A stretch of DNA of 64,000 bases from a virus: positions 10,396 to 74,395 of the IMG/VR virus record IMGVR_UViG_3300037245_001837; one strand, written 5' to 3'. The position numbers and the translations under genes are program-made. Every line of letters begins with the position of its first letter. Position 1 is the first letter of the stretch. The notes below the pieces were generated by a model. That model made no database searches. It had not been told where the DNA came from and worked only from the letters and a program-made list of their open reading frames with translations. Shown here in pieces: positions 9,423-20,051 of this stretch.

Positions 9423-10157
9423 ATGGAAAGTACTGTTTACAATGAAGATTGGAGAAAAACAACTAAAAATATTCCTGATTTATTTTTTGATTGGGTTGTT
9501 GATGATGTTCCATACGGTTTAAATGTTGCTAACATGCCATATTTAAATGAGAAAAAAACATTGGTTAAACAAAAAAACGGTACTAAATTAAATCCAAACA
9601 AAAATAAAAAAGGATACACGGTAAAAGATTGGGATTTAAAACCTCCAAGTCAGGATTATTTTGACGAAATGAGAAGAATTTCTAAAAATCAGATAATTTT
9701 TGGTGTAGAATATGTTGATTGGGATGGGTTAGGAAAAGGCAGGATCAAATGGAATAAAGGAGTTGCAAAAGGAATGAGCTTTAAAGATTATGAAATGGCT
9801 TATTGTTCAAGTATAGAACATACTCATATCCTAAACTTATTATGGAATGGAATGCGACAAGCTGCAAACTTAAAACATCCTATGAGGCAACAGGGTAATA
9901 AAAAACTAAATGAAAAAAGAATACACCCATGCCATAAACCAATACTTCTTTATAAAAAAATAGCAATAGATTTCGATTTAAAAGGCAAAAAAATCTATTG
10001 TGGTCATAATGGTTCTGGAAGTGACAGAATAGCTTTTGAGAATTTTGTAGAGTTATTTATGGCAAGTGAAATTGATAAAGAATATTTTGATAAGCAGGAA
10101 GAAAGATATAAAAATTTCAATGGAGCAATTAAGCTCTTCCAAAATCATACGATATGA
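9423..10157 (+). CDS. DNA N6-adenine/N4-cytosine methyltransferase (beta class)
   Basis: DVPYG (DPPY-like), HPCHKP, GHNGSGS, EIDKEYF. Confidence 0.85.
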   Translation: MESTVYNEDWRKTTKNIPDLFFDWVVDDVPYGLNVANMPYLNEKKTLVKQKNGTKLNPNKNKKGYTVKDWDLKPPSQDYFDEMRRISKNQIIFGVEYVDWDGLGKGRIKWNKGVAKGMSFKDYEMAYCSSIEHTHILNLLWNGMRQAANLKHPMRQQGNKKLNEKRIHPCHKPILLYKKIAIDFDLKGKKIYCGHNGSGSDRIAFENFVELFMASEIDKEYFDKQEERYKNFNGAIKLFQNHTI

Positions 10158-10555
10158 CAAGACAAACCTCAATTGACTGTTATCACCAGATAAAAGCAGA
10201 AGGACTTTTATCAGATATGAGATTTAGTGTTTATCAAGCACTTTATAACCTAAATAAGCCATCTACAAGAAGGGAGGTTTATGCAACTATGAATGTTTCA
10301 AATCAAGAATCGACTAGATTTACCGAATTACGTAATCTGGGTGTTATCTATGAAAAAACAACCAGAAAATGCTCTATTTCAGGAAGAACATCTATTGAGT
10401 GGGATTTAACAGATAATATTCCAGACAAATCATTACTAAAAAAGAATACAAAACCTAACAACCTTAAAAAATGCATAAAGTTCATATTAAACAATATGGC
10501 TGAAAAAGGATTAATGTGGATTAACCCAAGTGAAATAAAAAGCCTTTTAGACTAA
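10154..10555 (+). CDS. Winged-helix DNA-binding protein
   Basis: TSIDCYH...RFTELRNLGVI...RKCSISGR...W motif. Confidence 0.65.
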   Translation: MTRQTSIDCYHQIKAEGLLSDMRFSVYQALYNLNKPSTRREVYATMNVSNQESTRFTELRNLGVIYEKTTRKCSISGRTSIEWDLTDNIPDKSLLKKNTKPNNLKKCIKFILNNMAEKGLMWINPSEIKSLLD

Positions 10556-10625
10556 ATAAACACCCATTTGTTTATTTTAATGTATTTTATTTGCTTTTAA
10601 GTAATAGGTAGTGTATATTTATATC

Positions 10626-10931
10626 ATGAAAGATACAAACCACATAGGAGAAGCAGTTAAGAGAGTTAGAAAACTTAAAAAGCTGAAACAGAAGGATTTT
10701 GCAAAACAAATAAAAATTAGCACGAGTTCACTTTCTGCAATAGAACAAGGTGCAAGAGTTCCTTCTTTGAGAATGCTACAAAAAATTGCAGATGGGTTTA
10801 AAATATCACTACCAATATTATTATGGTTTTCCGTAAAACGAGAAGATGTTGAAGAAGATAAAAGAGAAACATTTGATATTTTAATGCCTCAAATAAATAG
10901 TATGATTTCAAGTTTATTTAATACTAAATAG
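10626..10931 (+). CDS. XRE/Cro-CI family HTH regulator
   Basis: IGEAVKRVRK...KQKDFAK...SSLSAIEQGARVPSL; promoter-like TATATTTA at 10614 favours ATG 10626. Confidence 0.88.
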   Translation: MKDTNHIGEAVKRVRKLKKLKQKDFAKQIKISTSSLSAIEQGARVPSLRMLQKIADGFKISLPILLWFSVKREDVEEDKRETFDILMPQINSMISSLFNTK

Positions 10932-13900
10932 TTATGGATGCAATAATCAAAGAATTTAACGAAACAGGCAATTGCGTTATAGATATAGATTACGCCATTA
11001 AAAAATGGAATCACTTGTATTGGATAGCTCAATGGAATGACACATACAGACTGATAATTCATGTACGTAAAGATTCACCTATAACAAAAATGAAGGTATC
11101 TATAAGTGAAAAACAAGCAAAAGAGCTAATTGCAAAACTAAAATTAACAGGTGTAAACGGAGGATTTAAAAGCTCAACAACATGGAAACAATAAAATCCA
11201 ACAAATAAAAAAACCCTCGACAAACCCGCAACGCTACATTCTAAATATTGTTTGAATTAATTAGTAGTGATTGCGGTAATGGGTTGATCTAAAAACTAAA
11301 TAGTTATGGAAAAGAAAGCAGAGGAATTATTAAATTTATATAAAAATTTATCAGATAAAATGATGGATGATTTAATAGATTTAGGTGTTTCAATTTTTAA
11401 AACTGATACTGATTCTGATGCTAAAATAGAATATGTTGACCCTATGCTTCCTGAAAATCAACATTTACTTTCTAAATACCACCAGAAAAATATTAAAAAT
11501 TCAGTTGGATTTGTACAGGAAGAGCATTTTGAAGAAATTAATGGTAAGATGCATAAGTTTATAACTACATATATATTTTAATAAAAAAATTATGGATTCA
11601 GTGAGATGTATTTGCATCGATGATGCTAAAAAACCAATAGAGATACCTCAAGAGAAATGGGTTAAAAAAGATGATGAATATCATATAACTCATATTTTCG
11701 TAATGAAAAATCAAAAAAACATTCAAGGATGTGAATTGGCAGAATTTGATATTTCAAGGTATGCTCCATACAACTGTTACAGATTAAGCAGATTTGCAAT
11801 TTTAATGGAGGATTTAGGGAAATTAGCAGCTCTTATAAAGAGATCAGATGAGTTTAATCAATTATCAGATATTGATATTCAAAAATTAGTAGATGATATT
11901 CCAATTAAAGAAGAAGTTCCTGTTGAATACATAAAGAAATCTCATAATCACGATCATTTTTGGATTAAAGACAAAATGCTTTATGAATCTTACAATACCA
12001 TAAGAGGTATGAGATATAGAGAAATATGCCTCCTTAATTATCCAGATACAGAAATTTTACCAGAAGATTTTAATCCAATTAAATTTAAAATATAGTTATG
12101 AATATTATCACAGTAATATTATACGAAAGACTGCATAGATATATTTATGATGAACATTTTAACTTAAAAGACAGGTTAAGTACATTAAAGAAACCGTATT
12201 TATATGAAAGATATAAACGTTACAGTAACGGATTAAAAGGATGGAGGATAGTATTATCTATATGGCTACCGTTTATAAAAAAGTATAGAAGATATTCGTA
12301 TTATAATTCTACTTTAAGCAAATATGAATTAAGCCAAGTCAATAAATTAAGCAAATTAGTTTACAAATTAAAACTAAAACTAATATTATGAGCAAAAAAC
12401 TATCTGACATAGAAAAGTTAAGAGATGAATTCAGAAATGAAACCAATAACGAGGTGCAAGAATGTTACATTTTCACTAGAAGTTATACGGTTTGGCTACA
12501 GTCTAAAGTACTAAAACAACTATCTAAATAAAACAAAATGGACGTAATAATTATAACCGATTCAGAAGGAGAAAAATCCTACGACAAGCACGGAGAAGAA
12601 ATTAAAATAAGAAAAAGAGAATTAACAGTAGAGATTCTGGACGATTTAAACCATTATGCTATCATAAAATCGGAAAAGAATGAAGCTGATAGAGGTCAAG
12701 GTCTTATAATTGATAAAAACCAATTTGAACAACTAAAGGAATATTTCTTAAACACCGAACAAAAGGGGAAAAAAGATATAATTGATTACATAGAACACGA
12801 TGCAGAAATAGCTATGCCAATAAACGAGCTAATGCACGAAAGCGGAAGGAGTTTAAGTAAGAAAGAGTACGGAAAAGTATTATTAAAATACCTAGTAATA
12901 GAGCTTAGAAGCAAGTTTAACAACACTTAAACAACAACTTAAAGTAAACGAGATATGACATTTGAAGAAGTAAAAAAAGATTATGTAGAATTAATGGATA
13001 TAGGTGTTCCTTATGACATGACAGGTGGCTTTGTAGATTCAGAGAGAATGGAAACAGTAATTCGTAATCCGACAAAATCTAACGCTAAAAAATACATGAT
13101 AGAGGTAATCTATTACGGTTTTCAGTGGGGTGATTATTGGAAAACTGAGACTAGTGGTGACATTCATATTAACGATAATAAATTCATAAACGAGATGTAC
13201 GAAAAATACATTTGATAATAAGTAAAACAACTCTTAAATAATAATTTAAAGTAAAGAATCTAAAACCCTAGAAATAATGAGTCAGGCAAAAATATTATTG
13301 GAAGCAATGGGAATAAATCCATTAGAGAAAATAGATAACAATTCTGGAAGTTATTGGACATTGCACGAGTTAGTTAATCATTGTGTTGGGCAATTAAACG
13401 ATAAGTAGATATGGAATCATTTTACATTAAACAGCGAGTAAGTAAGTTTGTATTGATATACCATCGAATTACCAAAGAGGGAAATATTACAGCTTTATCT
13501 TGCAGTAGAAGGAGTATATCAAATCCTAAAACTGTAATGATAGGAAAAACCTTTGAGGTGATTTCCAAGGAAGAGTTTGATAAAAAATATAACGAGTTTG
13601 CCACATAAAAACAACCTGTAGGTTTACTACACAAAAAAGCAAATAGATGAATTTAGATTACGTAAAAAAAACAAGAGGATTAGATTTCGTTAAAAAAGGA
13701 ATGCGAGTTGAGCAAACTGAAATGAAACAAAGTGGTGTAATTGTCGGAGGTAACAGATCAGGAAATATAGATGTTAAGTTTGATGGAAATAAACATACGG
13801 ACAATTGCCATCCCACATATATGATGAAGTATTTTGATGATAATGGTAATGTTATTAAAGAATACAAGGATTAATGAAATACTCCAAAAGAAATATTGTC

Positions 13901-14068
13901 CACAGTAAAAACAACAGGACTACATGGCTAGAGCGAAACTTTGATTTCACTCATGGTTGTGGATGGTTCTGCCAAATATATGATGAACATTACAACATCG
14001 GTTTTGGGTTTAGTAAAAATAAATTCACAGCATATAGAACAGCAATTAATAATTTAAAAAGCAAGTAA

Positions 14069-14434
14069 ATGTCAAAAATAGCAAAGATGGAAAACATCAT
14101 TGAAGAAATCAAACAAGAGAGATTTAAACAGGATGCCAAATGGGGTGAACAAAACCACCCTTGTTTAGATCAAACATTATTAAATAGAAAAGAAGGTTGT
14201 ACACCTCAAAGAATGACAGAAGAATATGGTATTCCTTCTGAATTAAAGGCAAAGCAATCATGCGATAGTAAAGCTGAGAAAGGAGAATGTACATGGGCTG
14301 ATATTGCACTTGAAGAGTTCTCGGAATCGATTAGCACATTTGACATTCATAAACGTAGAGAAGAATTAATTCAATTAGCTGCTGTTGTAGTTGCTTGGGT
14401 TGAAAAAATTGATAGAGATATTCAAAAACAGTAG
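14069..14434 (+). CDS. MazG-like nucleotide pyrophosphohydrolase
   Basis: ERFKQDAKWGEQNH...ALEEFSE...REELIQLAAVVVAWVE. Confidence 0.75.
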   Translation: MSKIAKMENIIEEIKQERFKQDAKWGEQNHPCLDQTLLNRKEGCTPQRMTEEYGIPSELKAKQSCDSKAEKGECTWADIALEEFSESISTFDIHKRREELIQLAAVVVAWVEKIDRDIQKQ

Positions 14435-14439
14435 AATCA

Positions 14440-14796
14440 ATGATACCAATACATCAAACAAGAACACAAGAAGAGTTTGCCAATTGCCTACAAGCTTGTG
14501 TGGCTTCATATTTTGAATTCCCATTGGAGAATGTTCCTAATTTTATGTTATTCAAAGATAATTGGTGGGATGCATTGCACTGGTACTTTTTTTCTCTTGG
14601 ATACGATATTGGACACATAAACAAATTACCCCCAGAGGATGGGAAATATTACATCGTTTCTGAAGAGTTTGGAGATAATTATAATTATTCCCATGCCGTT
14701 ATTTGGAAAGACGGGAAAATAGTGCATGATCCTTTAAATTACAAAAGCGGTAAAAGAGGAACTATTGTCGGATATTATTGGATAAGTAAAAGGTAA
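14440..14796 (+). CDS. Papain-like (C39-related) peptidase fold protein
   Basis: Q...NCLQACVAS...SHAVIW...VHDP catalytic C/H/D pattern. Confidence 0.6.
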   Translation: MIPIHQTRTQEEFANCLQACVASYFEFPLENVPNFMLFKDNWWDALHWYFFSLGYDIGHINKLPPEDGKYYIVSEEFGDNYNYSHAVIWKDGKIVHDPLNYKSGKRGTIVGYYWISKR

Positions 14797-15864
14797 CAAA
14801 CTAAAATTAAAAAGTAGTTATGGCGATATATGTAGGCAATAAAAAAATTAATGAGATCAAGTCAATTTCAGTTGTTCACGACGTACTGGAAGAAATTTTA
14901 ATGAGTGAAGCTGAATTCCTTGAGGATAGACCTGAATTTTGGACAGATGAACAAAAGGAACTTTACGACTTATTGAACACCTTAAATCAAAGGGTTATAG
15001 AAAAGGCAATTGAAATAATTGAATCACGAAAACAGTAGTTATGACAAAGGACGAATTAATCACAAAGCAGCAACTCCAGATAGAAGAGTATAAAAAAACT
15101 ATCGAATCTAACAACGAGCTAAAGAAAAAGATAATAAGTAAATTCTATAGTATAGGACAACCATTAAACGACAACATATTAAACATGGATAAAAAGCAAA
15201 TGGCATGGTGTTTTGAAGTAGTGGAATTATCTCAGCAAATAAACCAAAACTAGACGATATGAAACAAGCATTTGTATTTTACGCATGGTTCCAAGGCTCT
15301 AGTGATTTCGAACCTTTTATTGCAAGAGTATTGGATAACACATCGAATCCTAATTCATGGAGAATAGACAACCATGATAAAACCTATATGTTTGCACTAA
15401 AAGAAGCCTACATAAAGGAAGCAACGCATGACGAGATAAATATCCATGTCAATCGTAAATCTAATTAAACAGTAGTTATGTCAAATACTTTCCAAATATG
15501 GCTTATGAGCCAAAAATATTACAGAAAAGAAGGATCATTGCTTTGGTATAGAGATAATTTATTAGTGAAAGCGAAAGAACTTTCTGGAAAATTAAGGGAA
15601 TTTAAAAACATTAAACAGTAGTTATGGAAAACACTAAGAATTACAAAAAAATAGCCAATTACATCAAAAAACAAGGTTATACATGGACTGTTGAAGATGC
15701 AATCGAGTTGTATAAGAAAAAGGAAAATGGGGAGTACATAAGTTATACAGCAAATGATATTGTTGGTCGTTTTCCAGAAGAAATAAAATCACTAATACAG
15801 TAGGTTAAACAGCGATCCTACTATTTAAGAAAATCGCTTAAAACTTAAATAACAAATAAAAATT

Positions 15865-16140
15865 ATGATTACAACAGAGATGCCAAAGTATCAAAGTCAC
15901 AAAAAAGTATGGGCTTTAAAAATTAAATCCATCGTAAGAGATGGTGAAGGTGAAAATAGAGAAACGGATGGAAGTGCGATGATTACTCCAGAAGAGGATG
16001 GGTATGAACCATTTAAAGTTAGTCCTGAATATATGGGCAAACATAAACCACAAGTAGGTGGTTATTATGTTCAGTACGATGGTGGCTACGAGTCTTTTTC
16101 TCCTGCCGATGCTTTTGAAGGTGGATACACTTTAATTTAA
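15865..16140 (+). CDS. Conserved phage protein
   Basis: PKYQSHKKVWALKI...GGYYVQYDGGYESFSPADAFEGGY. Confidence 0.85.
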   Translation: MITTEMPKYQSHKKVWALKIKSIVRDGEGENRETDGSAMITPEEDGYEPFKVSPEYMGKHKPQVGGYYVQYDGGYESFSPADAFEGGYTLI

Positions 16141-16142
16141 AT

Positions 16143-16628
16143 CTAAGAATTAAAGTAATTTCCCAAAACACTTTTAACTTTACTTTCAACATCAAGTTCA
16201 GTTTTTCTATTTTTAGATATAAATAAACTAGTATTTGAAAGTGAATTATAAAACTCTTTAACAATACTGATGCTTTTATCAGTTAGCTTAAAGAGTTTTG
16301 TGTTGTTGTTAGAATAATCCTCAACAATATATTCAGCTATCAATAAATAATCCAGTTTAATTTTACGATCAATAACCATAACAGTAAATTCAAAAAGATT
16401 TAATTCTTTTAAATAGATAAGAACCAAAAGCCAATCATAGTCTAATCCATATTTAACAGTTAATTTTTGAAGGCTAAATATAGTATATGCTGTATTCAAT
16501 TTATCACTCTCAACAACTAAGGTTTTCTTATCAAATAACACCTCACTAGTTAATGAAACCTTCTTAACACTCCTGATGTTAAGGCTTTTTTCTCGCTTAG
16601 TATCTATTTTTCTTATTTTCATTACCAT
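16143..16628 (-). CDS. Putative winged-helix regulator
   Basis: LLVLIYL...LFKLTDKSISIVKEFY MarR-like wing; own promoter-like motif at 16633-16640 (-). Confidence 0.5.
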   Translation of the reverse strand: MVMKIRKIDTKREKSLNIRSVKKVSLTSEVLFDKKTLVVESDKLNTAYTIFSLQKLTVKYGLDYDWLLVLIYLKELNLFEFTVMVIDRKIKLDYLLIAEYIVEDYSNNNTKLFKLTDKSISIVKEFYNSLSNTSLFISKNRKTELDVESKVKSVLGNYFNS

Positions 16629-16694
16629 ACTGCTAAAATAAATTATTTTTCGTAGATTAGCAATTCATTAGATTAATTAAATCAAAACACTATT

Positions 16695-17045
16695 ATGAAA
16701 AAAATCTTTTTTGTATTATTAACGGTATTCATGATTACTTTATCTTTTGCTGACACATTTGAGAATGATGTTGGTGATAAATATAAAATCGAAAATACCC
16801 AAAACTTAGATGTGATGACAGCAACATTAAATGTTGTTGAAATTCCATTATTCAGCAATCAGTTATTAAGAGATGAAATTAGTAATGATTTTATTCTTTT
16901 ATGTAATGATTCTGGAGAAGAAGAAATTGTAGGCTGTATGATTCTTAAACTTCCTGATATTGATAGGATACAAAATCATTATAAAAACAGAACTTACCGT
17001 AATTATAAAACAAGAACAGCGGGAGGACTACCCTATGTCTGCTAA
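16695..17045 (+). CDS. Secreted hypothetical protein
   Basis: MKKIFFVLLTVFMITLSFA signal peptide; own promoter-like motif and terminator. Confidence 0.7.
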   Translation: MKKIFFVLLTVFMITLSFADTFENDVGDKYKIENTQNLDVMTATLNVVEIPLFSNQLLRDEISNDFILLCNDSGEEEIVGCMILKLPDIDRIQNHYKNRTYRNYKTRTAGGLPYVC

Positions 17046-17067
17046 ACATATCATATAAAATTATTTA

Positions 17068-17101
17068 AAAACCGTTAAACATTGATTTAACGGTTTTTTT
17101 T
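17068..17101 (+). terminator. Intrinsic terminator
   Basis: AAAACCGTTAAA-cattga-TTTAACGGTTTT plus T tract. Confidence 0.85.
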
Positions 17102-17104
17102 ATT

Positions 17105-17187
17105 TAATTTAGCAACGTTTTTATTATTATCACGAACCTTTGTGATGCTATACACCTCTATTAATCCATTTTAATAGGGGTGTTTTT
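17105..17187 (+). ncRNA. Putative small RNA (promoter plus terminator, no ORF)
   Basis: TAATTTAG at 17105; ATCAC/GTGAT hairpin; 13-bp terminator stem 17152-17183. Confidence 0.45.
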
Positions 17188-17250
17188 ATGTCTTTTCCAT
17201 AAATTCCAGAAACATTACCACTACCAACCACATGTATTCTTTTTAGTTTT

Positions 17251-17258
17251 TATGTTTG
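17251..17258 (+). promoter_or_regulatory. Bacteroidota -7 promoter element for scaffold/capsid operon
   Basis: TATGTTTG fits TAnnTTTG. Confidence 0.65.
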
Positions 17259-17283
17259 CATTAGAAATAATAAATATCAAATA

Positions 17284-18480
17284 ATGGAAACTAATGAAAG
17301 TAATGTAAAAGTTTTTGGAACACCTCAACCTGTTACAGAAACACAAAGTCCTACAGTAGAAACCAAAAAAGTTGAACCTACTACTCCAATAGTTGAAACT
17401 CCAAAACAAGAAGTTAAACAGGAAACTGTTATACCTAAAGTTGAGGAAAAAAAAGTTGAAACTACTAAAGTAGAAGATAAAACCAAAAAAGTTGAAACTG
17501 CAAAAACAGATAAAACTGAAAAGAAATCTGATTTCAAAGTATCTTTTGAAAATGAAGTTAAAAAAACTACCGAATCAACCACTAAACAGGAAACTGTTAG
17601 TGTTACTGAAGAAGTTGTTGCAAAATTTCTTAAAGACACTTATAACATTGAAGTCGAAAAATTATCAGATTTATCAAAAAAGGAAATATTACCTGAATCG
17701 GTAGCCAAGTTTGCAAAGTTTAACAAAGAAACAGGTCGAGGAATCGATGATTTCTATAACGCTCAAAAAGATTGGGTAAAAGAATCCAAAGATGATACGA
17801 TTAAAGAGTTCTACAAATATCAATATCCTGACATGTCTGAAGAAGATATTGATACAAGACTAGACCTTATTAAAGTTTCAAAAGATGATGAAGATGAGTT
17901 AGAAGAAAGAGACTTGAAACAACGAAAGTTAGATTATAATACGGAACATTCAAAAGCGTTGAGTTTTATGGACAAAAAATCTAAAGAGTTTCAAACACCT
18001 TTAGAAAATCAAACTGTTCAACCAAAAAAACAAACCCCAGAAGAAATAGCGGAAACGTATAAACCTTATTGGGATGCTAGAGATAAATCGTTAAGTAAAC
18101 TAAAAGAAATTAAGATTGATCTTAATGGTATTGGAGATATTAAATTAGAAGTTTCAGACGAACATCGTGATTTAATTTCAAAACATACTGAAACAGAAGA
18201 ATCTTTTTTTGGTCGTTGGAAAGATGATAAAGGAATTATTCAAACAGACAAAAGTTCATTAGACACATTATGGTCTATTCCAGAAATTAGACAAAATTTA
18301 ATTTCTAGTATGCTTGAACAAGCAAACACATTAATACTTGAAAATTTCTCTAAAAACAACAGAAATGTTACTTTAGATAAAATTGCTCAAGTTAATGAAA
18401 ATGAAAGTGGAGCATCCGTTAAAGTTGTTGGAGATCAAAATAGCCAACAAGAAAAGAAAATGGGTTCACCACTATTTTAA
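17284..18480 (+). CDS. Capsid scaffolding protein
   Basis: Acidic/T-K-E-rich N-terminus, KETGRGIDDF motif, directly upstream of capsid gene. Confidence 0.7.
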   Translation: METNESNVKVFGTPQPVTETQSPTVETKKVEPTTPIVETPKQEVKQETVIPKVEEKKVETTKVEDKTKKVETAKTDKTEKKSDFKVSFENEVKKTTESTTKQETVSVTEEVVAKFLKDTYNIEVEKLSDLSKKEILPESVAKFAKFNKETGRGIDDFYNAQKDWVKESKDDTIKEFYKYQYPDMSEEDIDTRLDLIKVSKDDEDELEERDLKQRKLDYNTEHSKALSFMDKKSKEFQTPLENQTVQPKKQTPEEIAETYKPYWDARDKSLSKLKEIKIDLNGIGDIKLEVSDEHRDLISKHTETEESFFGRWKDDKGIIQTDKSSLDTLWSIPEIRQNLISSMLEQANTLILENFSKNNRNVTLDKIAQVNENESGASVKVVGDQNSQQEKKMGSPLF

Positions 18481-18503
18481 AAAAATTAAAACACTAAACG
18501 ATT

Positions 18504-19901
18504 ATGGCACTTACAAACGTACCAACAAACCCTCACAATAATACATCACCGAATGTATTAGATAACGGGAATTATGCAGACCCTTTTGCAATTGCAGCAG
18601 TAGTTGCAGCACAACAAGGTTTGCCACAAGACCTTTTAGACCAAGTACATACTGATTGCGCAGCATTAGTAAAAAACTCTTGGTTAGGATTTTTAGATAT
18701 GTTCCAAATGAACATGTCATTTGAAACTGATTATATTCAGTTTATTGAGACTACTACTCCAGACTACGTTATTGATGATGACGGTGCTGTAACAAGAGTA
18801 GCTGATGTTTTTACTATCGATTGGTCAGCAGTAGAAGGATGGGAAGTAGGAGAAGAAGCTTTTTTCTTTAGATTAGAAGATGTTGTTCAGATTTATGACG
18901 GAACAGTTGTTGAAACTGGTGTTATTACCGCAATTAATAAAGCAGCAAACACTTTTACAGCAATCACTAGAGATGGTGCTGCTTGGACAGGTGCAGTTTC
19001 AGATATTACCGTTCAGGTAATTGGTGGAGATCATGACAAAGGCTCATGTGGTCCCGAAGCTCTTTTAGAATTGAGAAAAACGAAGTCTAAGACTCAAAAA
19101 ATGCAAATTATCAAAGATGCTATCAAAAATAGCGGAGGTAATAAATATCAATATTGTTTCCCTAATGGTGAAGTAATGTGGTATGATGATAATACTTTAG
19201 AACTTGATCGAAGATTAAACACTAAAATTGCAACAACATTGTTGTTAGAAATTGAAAGTGATGTAGCTTCTCCTGCTTATGCAGCAGGTAAATATGGTTC
19301 TTTAGGATTATTTGCTAATCTTGAAGTTAACGGACTTGTTAATACTGGATACTTAACTACTTTAGCTCACGTACAAGCATTAACTGCTTATTGGGATACT
19401 TTAGGATATGAAAACAGAGAATTTGTAGCTCACGTTGATCAAACACAAGTTAGACATTTTGAAACAATTGCAGGTGAAATTGCAACTTCATTAAATATCC
19501 AACTTAATGTTGAATTAAGAAATGCTCCTGATAACTTTGCAAAATATGGATTCAGTTCTATTTTAGTTGATGGTTATACTATCAATTTCACTAAATGGGA
19601 ATTAACTACTGGTAACAGTCCTCTAGGTAAAAATAGAATTCAAGAAGCTATGCCAAAAGGAATTATAATGCCGATGGGAACAGTTCCTACGAAAATTAAC
19701 GGTGTTGAAAAACGAGTTCCTTATATCTTTAAAGCATACCAAGATCACGGTAAATTAGGTAAAGGTGGTATGGTAAGAACATATATGACTGGTGGATTTG
19801 CAGGTGGAAATGGTTCTAACTGTGAATATCTTAAAACAGATAAATCAACAACAGTAGCTATTATAGCAGTATGTCCAGAAGCGATAACTTTGATAAAATA
19901 A
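18504..19901 (+). CDS. Major capsid protein
   Basis: 465 aa after scaffold, GSLGLF, YGFSSI..GYTINF motifs, strong terminator downstream. Confidence 0.78.
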   Translation: MALTNVPTNPHNNTSPNVLDNGNYADPFAIAAVVAAQQGLPQDLLDQVHTDCAALVKNSWLGFLDMFQMNMSFETDYIQFIETTTPDYVIDDDGAVTRVADVFTIDWSAVEGWEVGEEAFFFRLEDVVQIYDGTVVETGVITAINKAANTFTAITRDGAAWTGAVSDITVQVIGGDHDKGSCGPEALLELRKTKSKTQKMQIIKDAIKNSGGNKYQYCFPNGEVMWYDDNTLELDRRLNTKIATTLLLEIESDVASPAYAAGKYGSLGLFANLEVNGLVNTGYLTTLAHVQALTAYWDTLGYENREFVAHVDQTQVRHFETIAGEIATSLNIQLNVELRNAPDNFAKYGFSSILVDGYTINFTKWELTTGNSPLGKNRIQEAMPKGIIMPMGTVPTKINGVEKRVPYIFKAYQDHGKLGKGGMVRTYMTGGFAGGNGSNCEYLKTDKSTTVAIIAVCPEAITLIK

Positions 19902-19941
19902 TCAATTTAAAGAAATAAAGAAATCCATTATTTCTATTTTT

Positions 19942-19980
19942 AAAACCGATACAAGATTAATTTCGAGTATCGGTTTTTTT
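19942..19980 (+). terminator. Intrinsic terminator after capsid gene
   Basis: AAAACCGATAC...GTATCGGTTTT plus T tract. Confidence 0.85.
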
Positions 19981-20051
19981 ATTGAAAATAGTCCATTTTT
20001 TTTTATCGAGATTTATTGTTACATTTGGTTAATCTTAAAAATAGAAATATA

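Larger units (their letters stand above)
10934..15803 (+). other. Array of ~20 tiny co-oriented accessory genes (10934, 11306, 11592, 12098, 12388, 12538, 12955, 13411, 13647, 13874, 14820, 15041, 15259, 15478, 15624 and others)
   Basis: Abutting 45-170 aa ORFs, many joined by TAGTTATG junctions. Confidence 0.8.

Noticed and set aside
11223-11285. Twister-sister or HDV-like ribozyme
   Set aside because: ACCCGCAA start is similar, but the P4 loop, GCUCA motif and catalytic C are missing
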